Of a DNA stretch of 64,000 bases, positions 1-10,391 are shown one piece after another (position 1 is the first letter of the stretch; each line of letters begins with the position of its first letter). Under the pieces are notes generated by a model, which made no database searches, was not told the origin of the DNA, and was given only the letters and a program-made list of their open reading frames with translations. The translations under genes were made by a program, and so were the position numbers. This DNA is from Bacteroidales bacterium (GTDB lineage Bacteria > Bacteroidota > Bacteroidia > Bacteroidales > Bacteroidaceae), in assembly GCA_030532685.1 (NCBI GenBank), contig JAUNKN010000006.1:5217-69216 (forward strand), given 5' to 3'.

Positions 1-1
1 G

Positions 2-214
2 CACTCTACAGAGATTGAAGTTTTCCCTCAAAACGACGGTACAAGCTATGTGGTCAACAAAGGATTGAAAGTAGGCGATCGCATTGTCGTTGAAGGTGTG
101 AACAAGCTCAGGGACGACATGCAAATTCAGCCTATCACCGCTGCCCAAAGTGCCGAACAGCTCAAAAAATCAGAACGCCACATGGCCGATAAGAAGTTTC
201 CCGGTCAAGAATAA
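2..214 (+). CDS. RND efflux periplasmic adaptor (MFP) subunit, C-terminal fragment (5' truncated by window)
   Basis: Own translation of frame 2: ...SYVVNKGLKVGDRIVVEGVNKL..., the typical MFP C-terminal motif; TAA at 212-214; directly upstream of the RND permease. Confidence 0.85.
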   Translation, partial: HSTEIEVFPQNDGTSYVVNKGLKVGDRIVVEGVNKLRDDMQIQPITAAQSAEQLKKSERHMADKKFPGQE

Positions 215-222
215 TTAGAGCC

Positions 223-3200
223 ATGAAATTAGATACATTTATCAATAGGCCAGTCCTCTCGACGGTGATTTCTATTTTCATCGTCATACTCGGCACATTG
301 GGGCTCATATCCCTCCCCATCACACAGTACCCTGATATTGCTCCTCCTACGGTTGCTGTTGCGACCAACTATGTGGGAGCCAATGCTCAAACCGTGCTCA
401 ATGCCGTTGTTGCCCCCTTGGAAGAACAAATCAACGGAGTGGAGGGTATGGACTACATTTCATCGACGGCCTCCAACAACGGAACAGCCAGCGTGCAAGT
501 GGTATTCAAAATGGGCGTTGATCCCAATATGGCCGCAGTCAATGTGCAAAATCGCGTAGCTAAGGCTGCAGGCTTACTTCCTGCCGAGGTTACGCGCATA
601 GGTGTGATTACACAGAAACGCCAAAACTCGATGCTAATGGTCTTTTCGATTGTCGATAGCGAAGACCGATACAGCAAAGAGTTTCTTGAGAACTATGCCA
701 AAATCAATCTCGTCCCTCAAGTTCAGCGTGTCAATGGTGTTGGCGACGCTCAAGTTTTCTCAGGCGCTTATGCAATGCGCATTTGGTTAGATCCCGAGAA
801 AATGGCTGCTTACGGCCTACAACCTACCGATATCTCTGGTATCTTGGCTGAACAAAACATTGAAGCAGCTCCCGGTACGATAGGCGAACGCGAAGGACAA
901 ACCTTCCAGTATACACTACGCTATCGCGGGCGCCTACAAGAGGTTTCTGAATTCGAAAACATAGTTATCAAATCCACGCCAGAGGGCAATGTCATTTATT
1001 TGAAGGATCTTGCTCGCGTGGAGTTGGGTAGCGAAACCTACTCGAGCGGTAGCCGCGTCAATGGACACAAGGCAGTGAGCTGCATGGTGTCGCAGATGGC
1101 AGGCTCTAATGCCACTCAAATCATTCACGATATAGAAAAGGCTCTTGCAGAAGCAGCTCCTTCAATGCCCAAGGGCTTGGAAATTGAGACCTCCTTCAAT
1201 GCCAACACTTTTCTTTTTGCATCGGTACACGAAGTTATCAAGACCTTGATAGAGGCCTTCGTATTGGTATTTCTCGTGGTTTTTATTTTCTTACAAGATC
1301 TTCGCTCCACGATTATCCCAGCCATTGCAATTCCCGTAGCTCTGATTGGTACTTTCTTTGTGCTCTACATCATAGGTTTTTCTATCAACCTACTCACTCT
1401 TTCGGCCATGGTACTCGCGATTGCCATCGTTGTGGACGACGCTATTGTAGTGGTGGAAGGTGTTCACGCCAAGTTAGACATGGGCTACTCTTCTGCACGA
1501 AAAGCTTCGCTCGATGCAATGAGTGAATTGGGAGGTGCTATCGTCTCCATTACTTTGGTTATGATGGCAGTATTCGTTCCCGTAAGTTTCTTGGGAGGAA
1601 CGAGTGGAACATTCTATCGCCAATTTGGTATCACCATGGCCGTAGCCATTGGTTTTTCGGCAGTCAATGCCCTCACACTCACCCCTGCCCTTTGTGCCAT
1701 TATGCTCAAAGCCCATGGCGAAAAGAAACCACTTGGCGAACGCATGAAGCTGGCCTATGAAGAAAGCACAACAGTGCTCAAAAAGAAGTATGCAATTCAA
1801 GGAAAAGGACTCTCTCTGCCCTTAAAGCCCTGGCTTACACTCACCCTCCTCATCGCCACGGTGATTATGATGATTGCAGGTTTGCACACTTCCAGCCATC
1901 TTCTCATAGCTCTCGTGGCTTGGATGCTTTCTGTGGTTGCTGTGCTTGGTTTGTTCTCCGACCGCTTCATCCAAGCTTTCAACATGTATTATGAGCGCTT
2001 GTTGGAACGATACAAAAAGGGGGTGAACCGCTTTGTCTTGCGCCCCTACCTATCTATGAGCTTAGTGGCAGCTTCGTTTGTAGCGCTCATTGTATTCATG
2101 CAAAACACTCCCACCACACTCGTTCCCTATGAGGATACGGGATTGATTATGGGCGTCGTGAGTATGCCTCCTGGTACTTCTCAAGACCGCACAGACGAAA
2201 CTTTGGAACGTGTCGAGAAACTAGTACTTTCTTCTCCTCTCGTCGATGTAAGCAATACCATCTCAGGGTTCTCCTTCTTCGGTGGACAAGGTGCCAGCTA
2301 CGGTTCTTTCATCATCAAACTCAAACCTTGGGAAGAGCGCAACCCTATCACGGAGAGTGCAACGATGGTCTTTGCTAATCTCTTCTTAGAGTCGCAAAAG
2401 TCCTTCAAGGATGCTCAGGTGCTCTTCTTTGCTCCTCCCATGATCACGGGCTACGGCGTTTCCAATGGTTTTTCGCTCAATTTGCAAGACCGCACGGGAG
2501 GTAGCTTAGAACATTTCCAAAGTGTAGCCCAAGACTTTATCAAAGAACTCGCCGCTCGCCCTGAGATTCAAGATGCGAAAACAACTTTCAATACACGTTT
2601 CCCACAATATCTCATTGATATCGACGCAGCTCAATGCAAGCGAGCCGGTGTATCTCCGACCGATGTTCTTTACACGCTACAAGGTTATTTTGGAGGCCTT
2701 TACTCCTCCAATTTCAACCGCTTTGGCAAGATTTATCGCGTCATGGTACAGGCCGAACAGAGCCAGCGCGCCAATGTCGATGCGCTCAATAAAATCAAGG
2801 TACGCAACAATAAGGGAGAGATGGCCCCTATCACCCAATTCATGACCTTGCGTCCCACCATGGGCCCCGACAATATCACGCGCTTCAACATGTTCACCTC
2901 TATTGCCATCAATGGTAATCCAGCCGATGGCTACACCTCGGGCGAAGCCATCAAAGCCGTAGAGGAGGTGGCTAAAAACAGCCTACCAGTCGGGTACAGC
3001 TACGAGTATTCTGGCCTTACGCGCGAGGAACAAAGCAATGCCGGCAGCACCACTGCCATCGTATTTGTGTTGTGTTTCGTATTTATCTATTTGCTTCTCT
3101 CTGCACAATACGAAAGTTACCTGCTCCCCCTTGCCGTATTGCTCTCTGTGCCCTTCGGCCTGATGGGCTCATTCCTCTTCATCCAAGGCATGGGTTCATT

Positions 3201-3666
3201 AAGTCTTTTGCCTGGAGCTGCAGGCCAAATCATGCAGGCGGTATTTGGAACGGCTCAAAACAACATCTACGTGCAGATCGCTCTCATCATGCTCATTGGC
3301 CTGCTGGCCAAAAATGCCATCTTGATTGTAGAGTTTGCTCTTGATCGTCGAAAAATGGGAATGAGTATCACAGGGGCCGCACTTCATGGTGCAGCCGCTC
3401 GTTTGCGCCCGATTTTGATGACCTCCTTGGCCATGATTATCGGTCTATTGCCTTTGATGTTTGCTTTTGGAGCGGGTGCCAATGGTTATCGTTCCCTCGG
3501 CACCACAGCTATCGGTGGCATGCTCATTGGTATGATTTGCCAAATCTTTATTGTGCCTGCTCTCTTCCGCATTTTCCAATCCTTGCAGGAACGTGTGAAG
3601 CCTCTGGACTTCTCCGATCTAAACAATGCCGATGCTACGGCCGACATTGAGCAATACGCCCACTAA
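223..3666 (+). CDS. HAE1/AcrB-family RND efflux permease
   Basis: 1147 aa; LPITQYPDIAPP, AIVVDDAIVVVE, GLLAKNAILIVEFA and RLRPILMTS proton-relay motifs. Confidence 0.97.
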   Translation: MKLDTFINRPVLSTVISIFIVILGTLGLISLPITQYPDIAPPTVAVATNYVGANAQTVLNAVVAPLEEQINGVEGMDYISSTASNNGTASVQVVFKMGVDPNMAAVNVQNRVAKAAGLLPAEVTRIGVITQKRQNSMLMVFSIVDSEDRYSKEFLENYAKINLVPQVQRVNGVGDAQVFSGAYAMRIWLDPEKMAAYGLQPTDISGILAEQNIEAAPGTIGEREGQTFQYTLRYRGRLQEVSEFENIVIKSTPEGNVIYLKDLARVELGSETYSSGSRVNGHKAVSCMVSQMAGSNATQIIHDIEKALAEAAPSMPKGLEIETSFNANTFLFASVHEVIKTLIEAFVLVFLVVFIFLQDLRSTIIPAIAIPVALIGTFFVLYIIGFSINLLTLSAMVLAIAIVVDDAIVVVEGVHAKLDMGYSSARKASLDAMSELGGAIVSITLVMMAVFVPVSFLGGTSGTFYRQFGITMAVAIGFSAVNALTLTPALCAIMLKAHGEKKPLGERMKLAYEESTTVLKKKYAIQGKGLSLPLKPWLTLTLLIATVIMMIAGLHTSSHLLIALVAWMLSVVAVLGLFSDRFIQAFNMYYERLLERYKKGVNRFVLRPYLSMSLVAASFVALIVFMQNTPTTLVPYEDTGLIMGVVSMPPGTSQDRTDETLERVEKLVLSSPLVDVSNTISGFSFFGGQGASYGSFIIKLKPWEERNPITESATMVFANLFLESQKSFKDAQVLFFAPPMITGYGVSNGFSLNLQDRTGGSLEHFQSVAQDFIKELAARPEIQDAKTTFNTRFPQYLIDIDAAQCKRAGVSPTDVLYTLQGYFGGLYSSNFNRFGKIYRVMVQAEQSQRANVDALNKIKVRNNKGEMAPITQFMTLRPTMGPDNITRFNMFTSIAINGNPADGYTSGEAIKAVEEVAKNSLPVGYSYEYSGLTREEQSNAGSTTAIVFVLCFVFIYLLLSAQYESYLLPLAVLLSVPFGLMGSFLFIQGMGSLSLLPGAAGQIMQAVFGTAQNNIYVQIALIMLIGLLAKNAILIVEFALDRRKMGMSITGAALHGAAARLRPILMTSLAMIIGLLPLMFAFGAGANGYRSLGTTAIGGMLIGMICQIFIVPALFRIFQSLQERVKPLDFSDLNNADATADIEQYAH

Positions 3667-3779
3667 TCCCTCTGTGTCGGAGAGGGAGAGCACGCTTTTC
3701 TCTGAGCGAAGAGAGAACTTACAAAACTCCTTTTGCTTCACAAGCTCCTCCTCTCCCCACACAATACTCCCCTACCCTG

Positions 3780-5183
3780 ATGAAATCTCTTGTTTATCCC
3801 TTCATCGCTTCGCTTCTGTTATCAAGCTGTGGTTTGTTTGGTACCTATCAGCGCGACATCGCTACTTTCCAACCCGTGGTCGACAGTTTGTATCGCGTGC
3901 CTATGGGAGAAGCTACGACTGTCGCTCACTCCGATACCATGCACTTTGGCAATACCCCTTGGCGCGAAGTCTTCACCGACTCCCATCTTCAAGAGCTCAT
4001 TGCACAAGCTCTGACGCACAATACGGATATTCGCAAAGCAGAACTCACGATCAAGCAAGCCGAAATTGGTTTGCGCATCAATAAACTCGCCTATCTGCCC
4101 TCTCTCGTTTTCTCTCCCAGTGGCACCCTCGCCAAAACTTTCATGGAAGGCGTAGACGGAGTTTCGACCTACGATTTGCCACTACAAGCCTCTTGGCAAA
4201 TTGACGCCTTTGGAACACTCTACAATGCCAAAAAGCAAGGTGAACTAACCGTGCAACAAGCCCAAGCAGGCCGACAAGCTGCACGCACAGCCATCATTGC
4301 CTCCGTAGCCAACTTGTACTACTCGCTGCAAATGCTCGACGAGCAACTCGCGATCACCCGAAGCACTGTCGAAATTTGGAAAAAGAATGTGCAAACCATG
4401 CAGGCGATGAAAGAGGCAGGCATGACGCATTCTGCTGCCGTAGCCAGTGCACAAGCTCAGTTGGTACAAATCGAGAGTAGTGTGCCGACCATTGAGCAAA
4501 ACATCGTAGAAGTGGAGCATGCCCTATCTTTGCTCCTACACGAAGCTCCTCATCACATCGCTCGTCACAAAGCTTCAGAGATGCAGTTGCCCAGTAGCTT
4601 TTCCATAGGATTGCCCATCCAGCTATTAGGCAATCGCCCCGATGTGGCCATCGCCGAAGCCAAACTTGCTCAAGCCTTCTATGGTATCCAAGCAGCGCGT
4701 GGTGCTTTCTATCCCAAACTGATGATCAATGCCCAAGGCAAGTTCACCAACTCTTTGGGTTCCATGGTACTCAATCCAGGCAAGTTCATCGCCGCTGGAG
4801 TAGCCTCGCTCACCCAACCTCTCTTTGCACAAGGCAAACTCAAAGGCAATTTGGAAATCGCTCATTTACAACAGCAGAGTGCCCAGCTCGATTTTGAACG
4901 CAGTCTTCTCGTCGCAGGTCAAGAAGTGAGCAATGCCTTGTTCAAGTACCAAGCAACGACACAAAATGCTCGTTTGGCCGAGGAGCGTCTGCGCCTACTT
5001 CAAAAGGCCAACGAGGACATCAACTATCTCTTTCGCAACGGCAACACCACTTCCTATTTGGAAACCCTCACCGCACAGATGAATCTCCTCAATGGTCAGC
5101 TCACTCTGGCCAATCATCGCTACGCTCAAGCCCAAAGCGTGATTGCTCTCTACAAGGCCTTGGGCGGAGGACGCGAAGACTAA
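3780..5183 (+). CDS. TolC/OprM-family outer-membrane efflux lipoprotein
   Basis: Lipobox LLSSC; NRPDVAIAE and LYKALGGG OEP motifs; third gene of the RND operon. Confidence 0.95.
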   Translation: MKSLVYPFIASLLLSSCGLFGTYQRDIATFQPVVDSLYRVPMGEATTVAHSDTMHFGNTPWREVFTDSHLQELIAQALTHNTDIRKAELTIKQAEIGLRINKLAYLPSLVFSPSGTLAKTFMEGVDGVSTYDLPLQASWQIDAFGTLYNAKKQGELTVQQAQAGRQAARTAIIASVANLYYSLQMLDEQLAITRSTVEIWKKNVQTMQAMKEAGMTHSAAVASAQAQLVQIESSVPTIEQNIVEVEHALSLLLHEAPHHIARHKASEMQLPSSFSIGLPIQLLGNRPDVAIAEAKLAQAFYGIQAARGAFYPKLMINAQGKFTNSLGSMVLNPGKFIAAGVASLTQPLFAQGKLKGNLEIAHLQQQSAQLDFERSLLVAGQEVSNALFKYQATTQNARLAEERLRLLQKANEDINYLFRNGNTTSYLETLTAQMNLLNGQLTLANHRYAQAQSVIALYKALGGGRED

Positions 5184-5222
5184 TTGCCGCAGCCCATTGT
5201 TTCACCCTTTATTTCCTTCCCT

Positions 5223-6017
5223 ATGATTAGTCCGCTTGCTCATGTAGACCCTGCAGCTCGTATTGGGGCCAACGTCGAAATTCAGCCCTTTGCTTACATA
5301 CAGGGCGATGTCGTGATAGGCGACAATTGTGTAATCATGGCCAATGCCTGCATCCTCAATGGCACGCGAATGGGCATGGGCAATAAGATTTACCCCAATG
5401 CCGTGATCGGGGCCGACCCTCAATCCTTCCACTGGGATGGAAAGTCGCAGCCACGCGTGGAGATAGGGCACGACAATGTGATTCGCGAAAATGTCGTAAT
5501 CGCAGGAAGCAATTGCTCTGAAGATGCAACGCGCATAGGTTCTCGCAATCACTTGATGAACAAGGTACACATTTGCCACGATGTACAAATTGGTGATGGT
5601 TGCGTATTGGGCATTTCGTCTAATGTCGCAGGAGCTTGCCACATTGGCGACCACGCCATTCTATCCTCAGCCGTCATTGTGCAACGCAAAGTACGCGTCG
5701 GAAAGTTTGCACTCCTGCAAGTGGGCTGTCGCGTACAGAAAGATGTGATGCCCTATGCCATTTTCGGTGGCAATCCTGCAGCTTATCATGGTGTGAATAC
5801 TGTGGTTCTTCAAAAATTCTTGCCGCACATTGATGAGCGACAACTGCGTCATTTGGCCAGTGCCTTTCGCATTGTCACGGCCGGCAATTTTTCGCTCGAA
5901 GATGCCGTGCTCAAAACCAAAGAGCAAATCGAAATGTCTGCCGAAATTCAGACCCTCACCGATTTTATCCTGACCGCCGAGCGAGGACTCATCCGTCACG
6001 CCGAAAGCGACCTATAA
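5223..6017 (+). CDS. LpxA-like hexapeptide-repeat acyltransferase (divergent paralogue)
   Basis: MISPLAHVDPAARIG start (ATG 5223); left-handed beta-helix repeats; HICHD motif; C-terminal ERGLI; several canonical substrate residues altered. Confidence 0.8.
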   Translation: MISPLAHVDPAARIGANVEIQPFAYIQGDVVIGDNCVIMANACILNGTRMGMGNKIYPNAVIGADPQSFHWDGKSQPRVEIGHDNVIRENVVIAGSNCSEDATRIGSRNHLMNKVHICHDVQIGDGCVLGISSNVAGACHIGDHAILSSAVIVQRKVRVGKFALLQVGCRVQKDVMPYAIFGGNPAAYHGVNTVVLQKFLPHIDERQLRHLASAFRIVTAGNFSLEDAVLKTKEQIEMSAEIQTLTDFILTAERGLIRHAESDL

Positions 6018-6038
6018 AAACAACTCTTGTCGGAGCAA

Positions 6039-6143
6039 AATCTTCTTCCCACGTAGGATTTTCTACGACGCACGTAGGATTTTTTCCTTCCCACGTAGGA
6101 TTTTCTATGTGCGATGTAAGATTTTCGCCCACGCACGTCGTTT
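6039..6143. repeat. Family-A array A1: 5 tandem 21-bp degenerate palindromes
   Basis: Units aatcttctt-ccc-acgtaggat / tttctacga-cgc-acgtaggat / tttttcctt-ccc-acgtaggat / tttctatgt-gcg-atgtaagat / tttcgccca-cgc-acgtcgttt. Confidence 0.9.
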
Positions 6144-6171
6144 TTTTGTATTTCCCCTTTCGACACATTTT

Positions 6172-6211
6172 ACTCCCAATCAGAAAAAAGCTGATTGGGA
6201 GTTCTTTTTTT
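6172..6211 (+). terminator. Intrinsic terminator after the RND-lpxA-like operon
   Basis: 12-bp stem actcccaatcag/ctgattgggagt followed by a T-run. Confidence 0.8.
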
Positions 6212-6263
6212 ACACACAAAGTTGTAATTGCGAGTCCATTGCCTTAGTTTCGTGGACTTGCGT

Positions 6264-6294
6264 TTTGCAGAGCGCGGCATTATGAGTAAATTTG
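6264..6294 (+). promoter_or_regulatory. Bacteroidetes primary-sigma promoter (-33 TTTG / -7 TAnnTTTG) for lon
   Basis: TTTG 6264-6267, 19-bp spacer, TAAATTTG 6287-6294, 22 nt before the ATG. Confidence 0.65.
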
Positions 6295-6316
6295 CAGTCA
6301 ATTCATCTTGCTATAA

Positions 6317-8773
6317 ATGGATCCCAACCAATCTCAACATAATCCTTTCTCTCTCCTCACCGACTATAAAGGCAACATTCGCGAACTGTGCGACGTGAAG
6401 ATACAAGGCACTCTGCCCATTCTTCCCGTGCGTGGCATGGTGCTTTTTCCTGGCGTCATCGCTCCCATTGCTGTGGGACGCGAGAGTTCTCTCGCACTCG
6501 TACGTCAAGCACTCGAACGTGAGGGGGAAGCCTACATTGGCATCTCTACACAAGTAGATGCAGCGATTGAGCAGCCCTCACTCCAGGACCTCTATCCCAC
6601 AGGCACTTTGGCGCGTGTGTTGCGCCTCATTGAGTTGCCCACTCACACCACAGCCATCGTACAAACCTATGGACGCATAGCTATCGACCCTCGTCCTACG
6701 CGCGTCAATCCCTATCTGCGTGCACGCGTGCAGAGTTTAGAAGAGGTGTTCCCGGCCGAGGACGACAATGAGTTTGCGGCACTCTACGAGACTTTCCGCG
6801 AAACAGCTTTCGACTATGTCCGTAAGAATGAACACCTCGGTGCCGAAGCCCTCTTTGCGATTCAAAGCATCACGCAACCGCTCTTCTTCATTCATCTCGT
6901 CGCTACCAACCTTCCCTTCGATACGGAGGAGAAAGCGCTTCTCTTGGAAGAGGGCGATGTGAAACTGCGTACCTATCGCCTGCTGCAAATCCTGCAACGC
7001 GAGGTGCAATATCTCGACCTGAAGCTCAACATTCAGAAAAAGACCCACGAAGAGCTCAACCAGCAGCAAAAGGAATACTTCCTCCACCAACAGCTCAAAA
7101 ACATACAATCGGAACTGGGCGAAAGTGAAAACAATGGCGAGCTGCACGATTTGCGCACACGCGCCGAAGCCACTCCGATGAGCGAGGCAGTACGTAAGAT
7201 ATTTGCCAAAGAGTTGCAAAAGTTGGAACGTACCAATCCGCACAACCCCGACTATGCTGTCTCGATCAATTATCTCGAAACGGTTCTCTCCTTGCCTTGG
7301 GGAAAATCGACAACCGATCAGCTCGATATGCGTCAAGCCCAGCGACTACTCGACAAAGACCATTACGGCATGGAGAAAGTCAAGGAGCGCATACTGGAAC
7401 ATTTGGCCATGATGCGCGTGCGCACCTCGGGCAAGCCTTCAATTCTCTGCCTATATGGCCCTCCTGGGGTAGGAAAAACATCGCTCTGCCGTAGCATCGC
7501 CGAGAGTCTGGGACGCAAGTACGTGCGCATGTCCTTAGGCGGCCTGCACGACGAAAGCGAAATTCGCGGTCATCGTCGCACCTATATCGCAGCAATGTGC
7601 GGCCGAGTGATGAAGAGTCTCATCAAAGCCGAAAGCAACAACCCGCTCTTTGTTCTTGACGAAATCGACAAGGTGGGAGGTGCCTCACACAGCGGTGACC
7701 CACAGAGCGCACTTTTGGAGCTCCTCGATCCCGAACAGAACTCCTCTTTCCACGACAACTACTTGGATTTCGACTATGATTTGAGCCAAGTGTTCTTTGT
7801 TGCCACCGCCAACAATTTGGCCAGCATCCCCGCTCCTCTACGCGATCGTATGGAGCTCATCGAAGTCGAGGGCTACCTGACCGAAGAAAAGAAGGAAATC
7901 GCTCGCAGACACCTCATTCCCAACGAGGTGCGGGGGTTGGAGTTGCCCTATGAACTGAAACTCTCACCCTCGGGTACAGAATATCTCATCGAGCAGTACA
8001 CTCGTGAGAGCGGCGTGCGACAATTGGAAAAACAGATTGCCAAGCTGGTGCGCAAGGTTGTGCTCCAGACCCAAATGGGGGCAATAGCTGCTCCCCTCCA
8101 CGCGCTCAAGCCTGCCGATGTGCAGCGTATCATGGGAACACCTCCCTACAATCGCGATCGCTACCAAGGCAATGACTACGCTGGCGTCGTGACCGGCTTG
8201 GCCTGGACGGCTGTGGGAGGAGAGATTCTCTTTATCGAAAGCAGTGTGAGTCGTTCTAAATCGCCTCGCCTTGTCATTACGGGCAATCTCGGAGAAGTCA
8301 TGAAAGAGAGTGCGATGCTCGCCCTCGAATATGTGAAGAGCCATGCCGAAACGCTCGCCATAGACTATCGTATCTTTGACCATTGGAACCTCCACATCCA
8401 CGTGCCCGAAGGCGCTACGCCCAAAGACGGGCCTTCGGCAGGTATCACCATAGCTACGGCCATTGCTTCGTTGCTCACACAGCGCAAAGTGCGCCCTCAT
8501 ATCGCTATGACAGGCGAAATAACCCTGCGTGGACGCGTGTTGCCCGTAGGCGGCATCAAAGAAAAAATTCTTGCCGCCAAACGAGCAGGCGTGACCGACA
8601 TCGTGCTCTCTGTAGACAACCGCAAAGATGTGGCCGATATTCCACAACGCTACGTTGCAGGCTTGACTTTCCACCACGTACAAACGGTAGATGAGGTGTG
8701 GAAATTCGCACTATTGGACGAACAGGTGAGCGACGCCATCGACTTGTCGGCTCCTTTCTCCCTCGAAGCTTAA
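6317..8773 (+). CDS. lon: ATP-dependent protease La
   Basis: LON N-domain, Walker [18 protein letters not shown] catalytic Ser, GGIKEK Lys. Confidence 0.98.
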   Translation: MDPNQSQHNPFSLLTDYKGNIRELCDVKIQGTLPILPVRGMVLFPGVIAPIAVGRESSLALVRQALEREGEAYIGISTQVDAAIEQPSLQDLYPTGTLARVLRLIELPTHTTAIVQTYGRIAIDPRPTRVNPYLRARVQSLEEVFPAEDDNEFAALYETFRETAFDYVRKNEHLGAEALFAIQSITQPLFFIHLVATNLPFDTEEKALLLEEGDVKLRTYRLLQILQREVQYLDLKLNIQKKTHEELNQQQKEYFLHQQLKNIQSELGESENNGELHDLRTRAEATPMSEAVRKIFAKELQKLERTNPHNPDYAVSINYLETVLSLPWGKSTTDQLDMRQAQRLLDKDHYGMEKVKERILEHLAMMRVRTSGKPSILCLYGPPGVGKTSLCRSIAESLGRKYVRMSLGGLHDESEIRGHRRTYIAAMCGRVMKSLIKAESNNPLFVLDEIDKVGGASHSGDPQSALLELLDPEQNSSFHDNYLDFDYDLSQVFFVATANNLASIPAPLRDRMELIEVEGYLTEEKKEIARRHLIPNEVRGLELPYELKLSPSGTEYLIEQYTRESGVRQLEKQIAKLVRKVVLQTQMGAIAAPLHALKPADVQRIMGTPPYNRDRYQGNDYAGVVTGLAWTAVGGEILFIESSVSRSKSPRLVITGNLGEVMKESAMLALEYVKSHAETLAIDYRIFDHWNLHIHVPEGATPKDGPSAGITIATAIASLLTQRKVRPHIAMTGEITLRGRVLPVGGIKEKILAAKRAGVTDIVLSVDNRKDVADIPQRYVAGLTFHHVQTVDEVWKFALLDEQVSDAIDLSAPFSLEA

Positions 8774-8779
8774 ATCACT

Positions 8780-9148
8780 ATGAACATTGAAGAAGTTAGA
8801 GAGTACTGTCTTGCCAAACCTGGTACGTCAGAGCATTTCCCTTTTGACGAAGTAACACTCGTCATCAAAGTGCTCGACAAGATGTTTGCCCTCCTGCCAC
8901 TCGATAGTCCCGAATGGCTCACCCTCAAATGCGACCCCGAACGTGCCATAGACCTACGCGATCAGTATGCCGACATTCTACCGGCTTTTCACTTCAACAA
9001 GAAGTATTGGAATCAGCATCGTTTCGAGCATTTGCCCGATAGCCTAGTGCAGCAACTCATAGATCATTCTTACGAAGAGGTGGTCAAGAAAATGCCGCAA
9101 AAGACACAACGACTGCTCTCCACCCTCTCTAACGACAACACACCATAA
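8780..9148 (+). CDS. MmcQ/YjbR family DNA-binding protein
   Basis: FPFD..TLV.KV..KMFA, LKCDPE, H.NKKYWN, LIDHSY motifs. Confidence 0.9.
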   Translation: MNIEEVREYCLAKPGTSEHFPFDEVTLVIKVLDKMFALLPLDSPEWLTLKCDPERAIDLRDQYADILPAFHFNKKYWNQHRFEHLPDSLVQQLIDHSYEEVVKKMPQKTQRLLSTLSNDNTP

Positions 9149-9158
9149 TCCTTTCCCT

Positions 9159-10331
9159 ATGTCCCATCCCAGCCTGCGCCCAACTTGGCGCACCTCAGGC
9201 CGTCTCTTTCAGCTACAACATACCGACCCCAACAGTCAAGCAAGAGCAGGTGTGCTCACCACCGACCATGGTACGATACAAACCCCTATCTTTATGCCCG
9301 TGGGTACACTGGGTACAGTGAAAGGGGTGCACACACACGAAATCATGGACGAGGTAAAAGCACAAATCATCTTGGGCAACACTTATCACCTCTACCTACG
9401 TCCTGGTCTGAAAGTATTGGAAGCGGCAGGTGGTTTGCACAAGTTCAATGGTTTTTCGCGCCCTATGCTCACGGATAGTGGCGGTTTCCAAGTGTTTTCT
9501 CTGACTGGTATTCGCAAACTGAGTGAGGAAGGATGCGAATTTCGCAGCCACGTCGATGGTTCAAAGCACTTTTTCACCCCCGAAGGCGTTATGGACATCG
9601 AGCGGAGCATCGGAGCCGATATTATGATGGCTTTTGACGAATGTCCTCCTGGTACTGCCGATTATGGCTACGCGCGCAAAAGCCTCGATCTGACTCATCG
9701 GTGGCTGGATCGTTGTATCCAAAGATTTTCCGAAACGGAGGAAAAATATGGCTATCATCAAGCTCTCTTTCCTATCGTACAAGGATGCGTCTATCCCGAC
9801 CTGCGCAGAGAAAGTGCAGAGTACATGGTAGAGCGCGAGGCCGAAGGCTATGCCATTGGGGGGTTGGCCGTGGGCGAACCTGCCGAGAAAATGTATGAAA
9901 TGATAGAGGTGGTCAACGAGATTTTGCCCCAAGATCGTCCTCGCTACCTCATGGGAGTAGGTACTCCGATGAACATTCTTGAAGGTATAGAGCGTGGCGT
10001 TGATATGTTCGACTGTGTCATGCCCACACGCAATGGGCGTAATGCGCAAATCTTCACTTGGAAAGGCATCATCAACTTCCGCAACGCCAAATGGGCCATG
10101 GATTTTTCGCCAGTAGACCCAGAAGGAACTGCTGCTTGCGACCACCAATATACGCGTGCTTATCTGCACCACCTCTTTAAGTGCAAGGAATTGCTGGGCA
10201 TGCAGATTGCTTCGATTCACAACCTTGCTTTTTATTTGGAATTGGTGCGAGTGGCTCGCGAGCACATCATCGCTGGCGATTTTGTTGCTTGGAAGCGTCA
10301 CATCATGCCTCAGCTCGCCACTCGCTTGTAA
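9159..10331 (+). CDS. tgt: tRNA-guanine(34) transglycosylase
   Basis: TPIFMPVGT, LTDSGGFQVFSL, DMFDCVMPTRNGRN. Confidence 0.97.
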   Translation: MSHPSLRPTWRTSGRLFQLQHTDPNSQARAGVLTTDHGTIQTPIFMPVGTLGTVKGVHTHEIMDEVKAQIILGNTYHLYLRPGLKVLEAAGGLHKFNGFSRPMLTDSGGFQVFSLTGIRKLSEEGCEFRSHVDGSKHFFTPEGVMDIERSIGADIMMAFDECPPGTADYGYARKSLDLTHRWLDRCIQRFSETEEKYGYHQALFPIVQGCVYPDLRRESAEYMVEREAEGYAIGGLAVGEPAEKMYEMIEVVNEILPQDRPRYLMGVGTPMNILEGIERGVDMFDCVMPTRNGRNAQIFTWKGIINFRNAKWAMDFSPVDPEGTAACDHQYTRAYLHHLFKCKELLGMQIASIHNLAFYLELVRVAREHIIAGDFVAWKRHIMPQLATRL

Positions 10332-10391
10332 GTTCTCTCTCCTCTTTCTCTCCCGACGTTCTACAGGATAGACTTTCACAAATTTCCTTCT

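Noticed and set aside
6039-6143. Family-A/B/C arrays as CRISPR arrays
   Set aside because: Period only 21-22 bp, no unique spacers of about 30 nt or more, no leader and no cas genes in the window.
5989-6219. 76-aa ORF with heptad repeats (ENPTWEG/KNPTCVV)
   Set aside because: By-product of the 21-bp array, which is a multiple of 3; orientation and frame are not conserved across the four loci.
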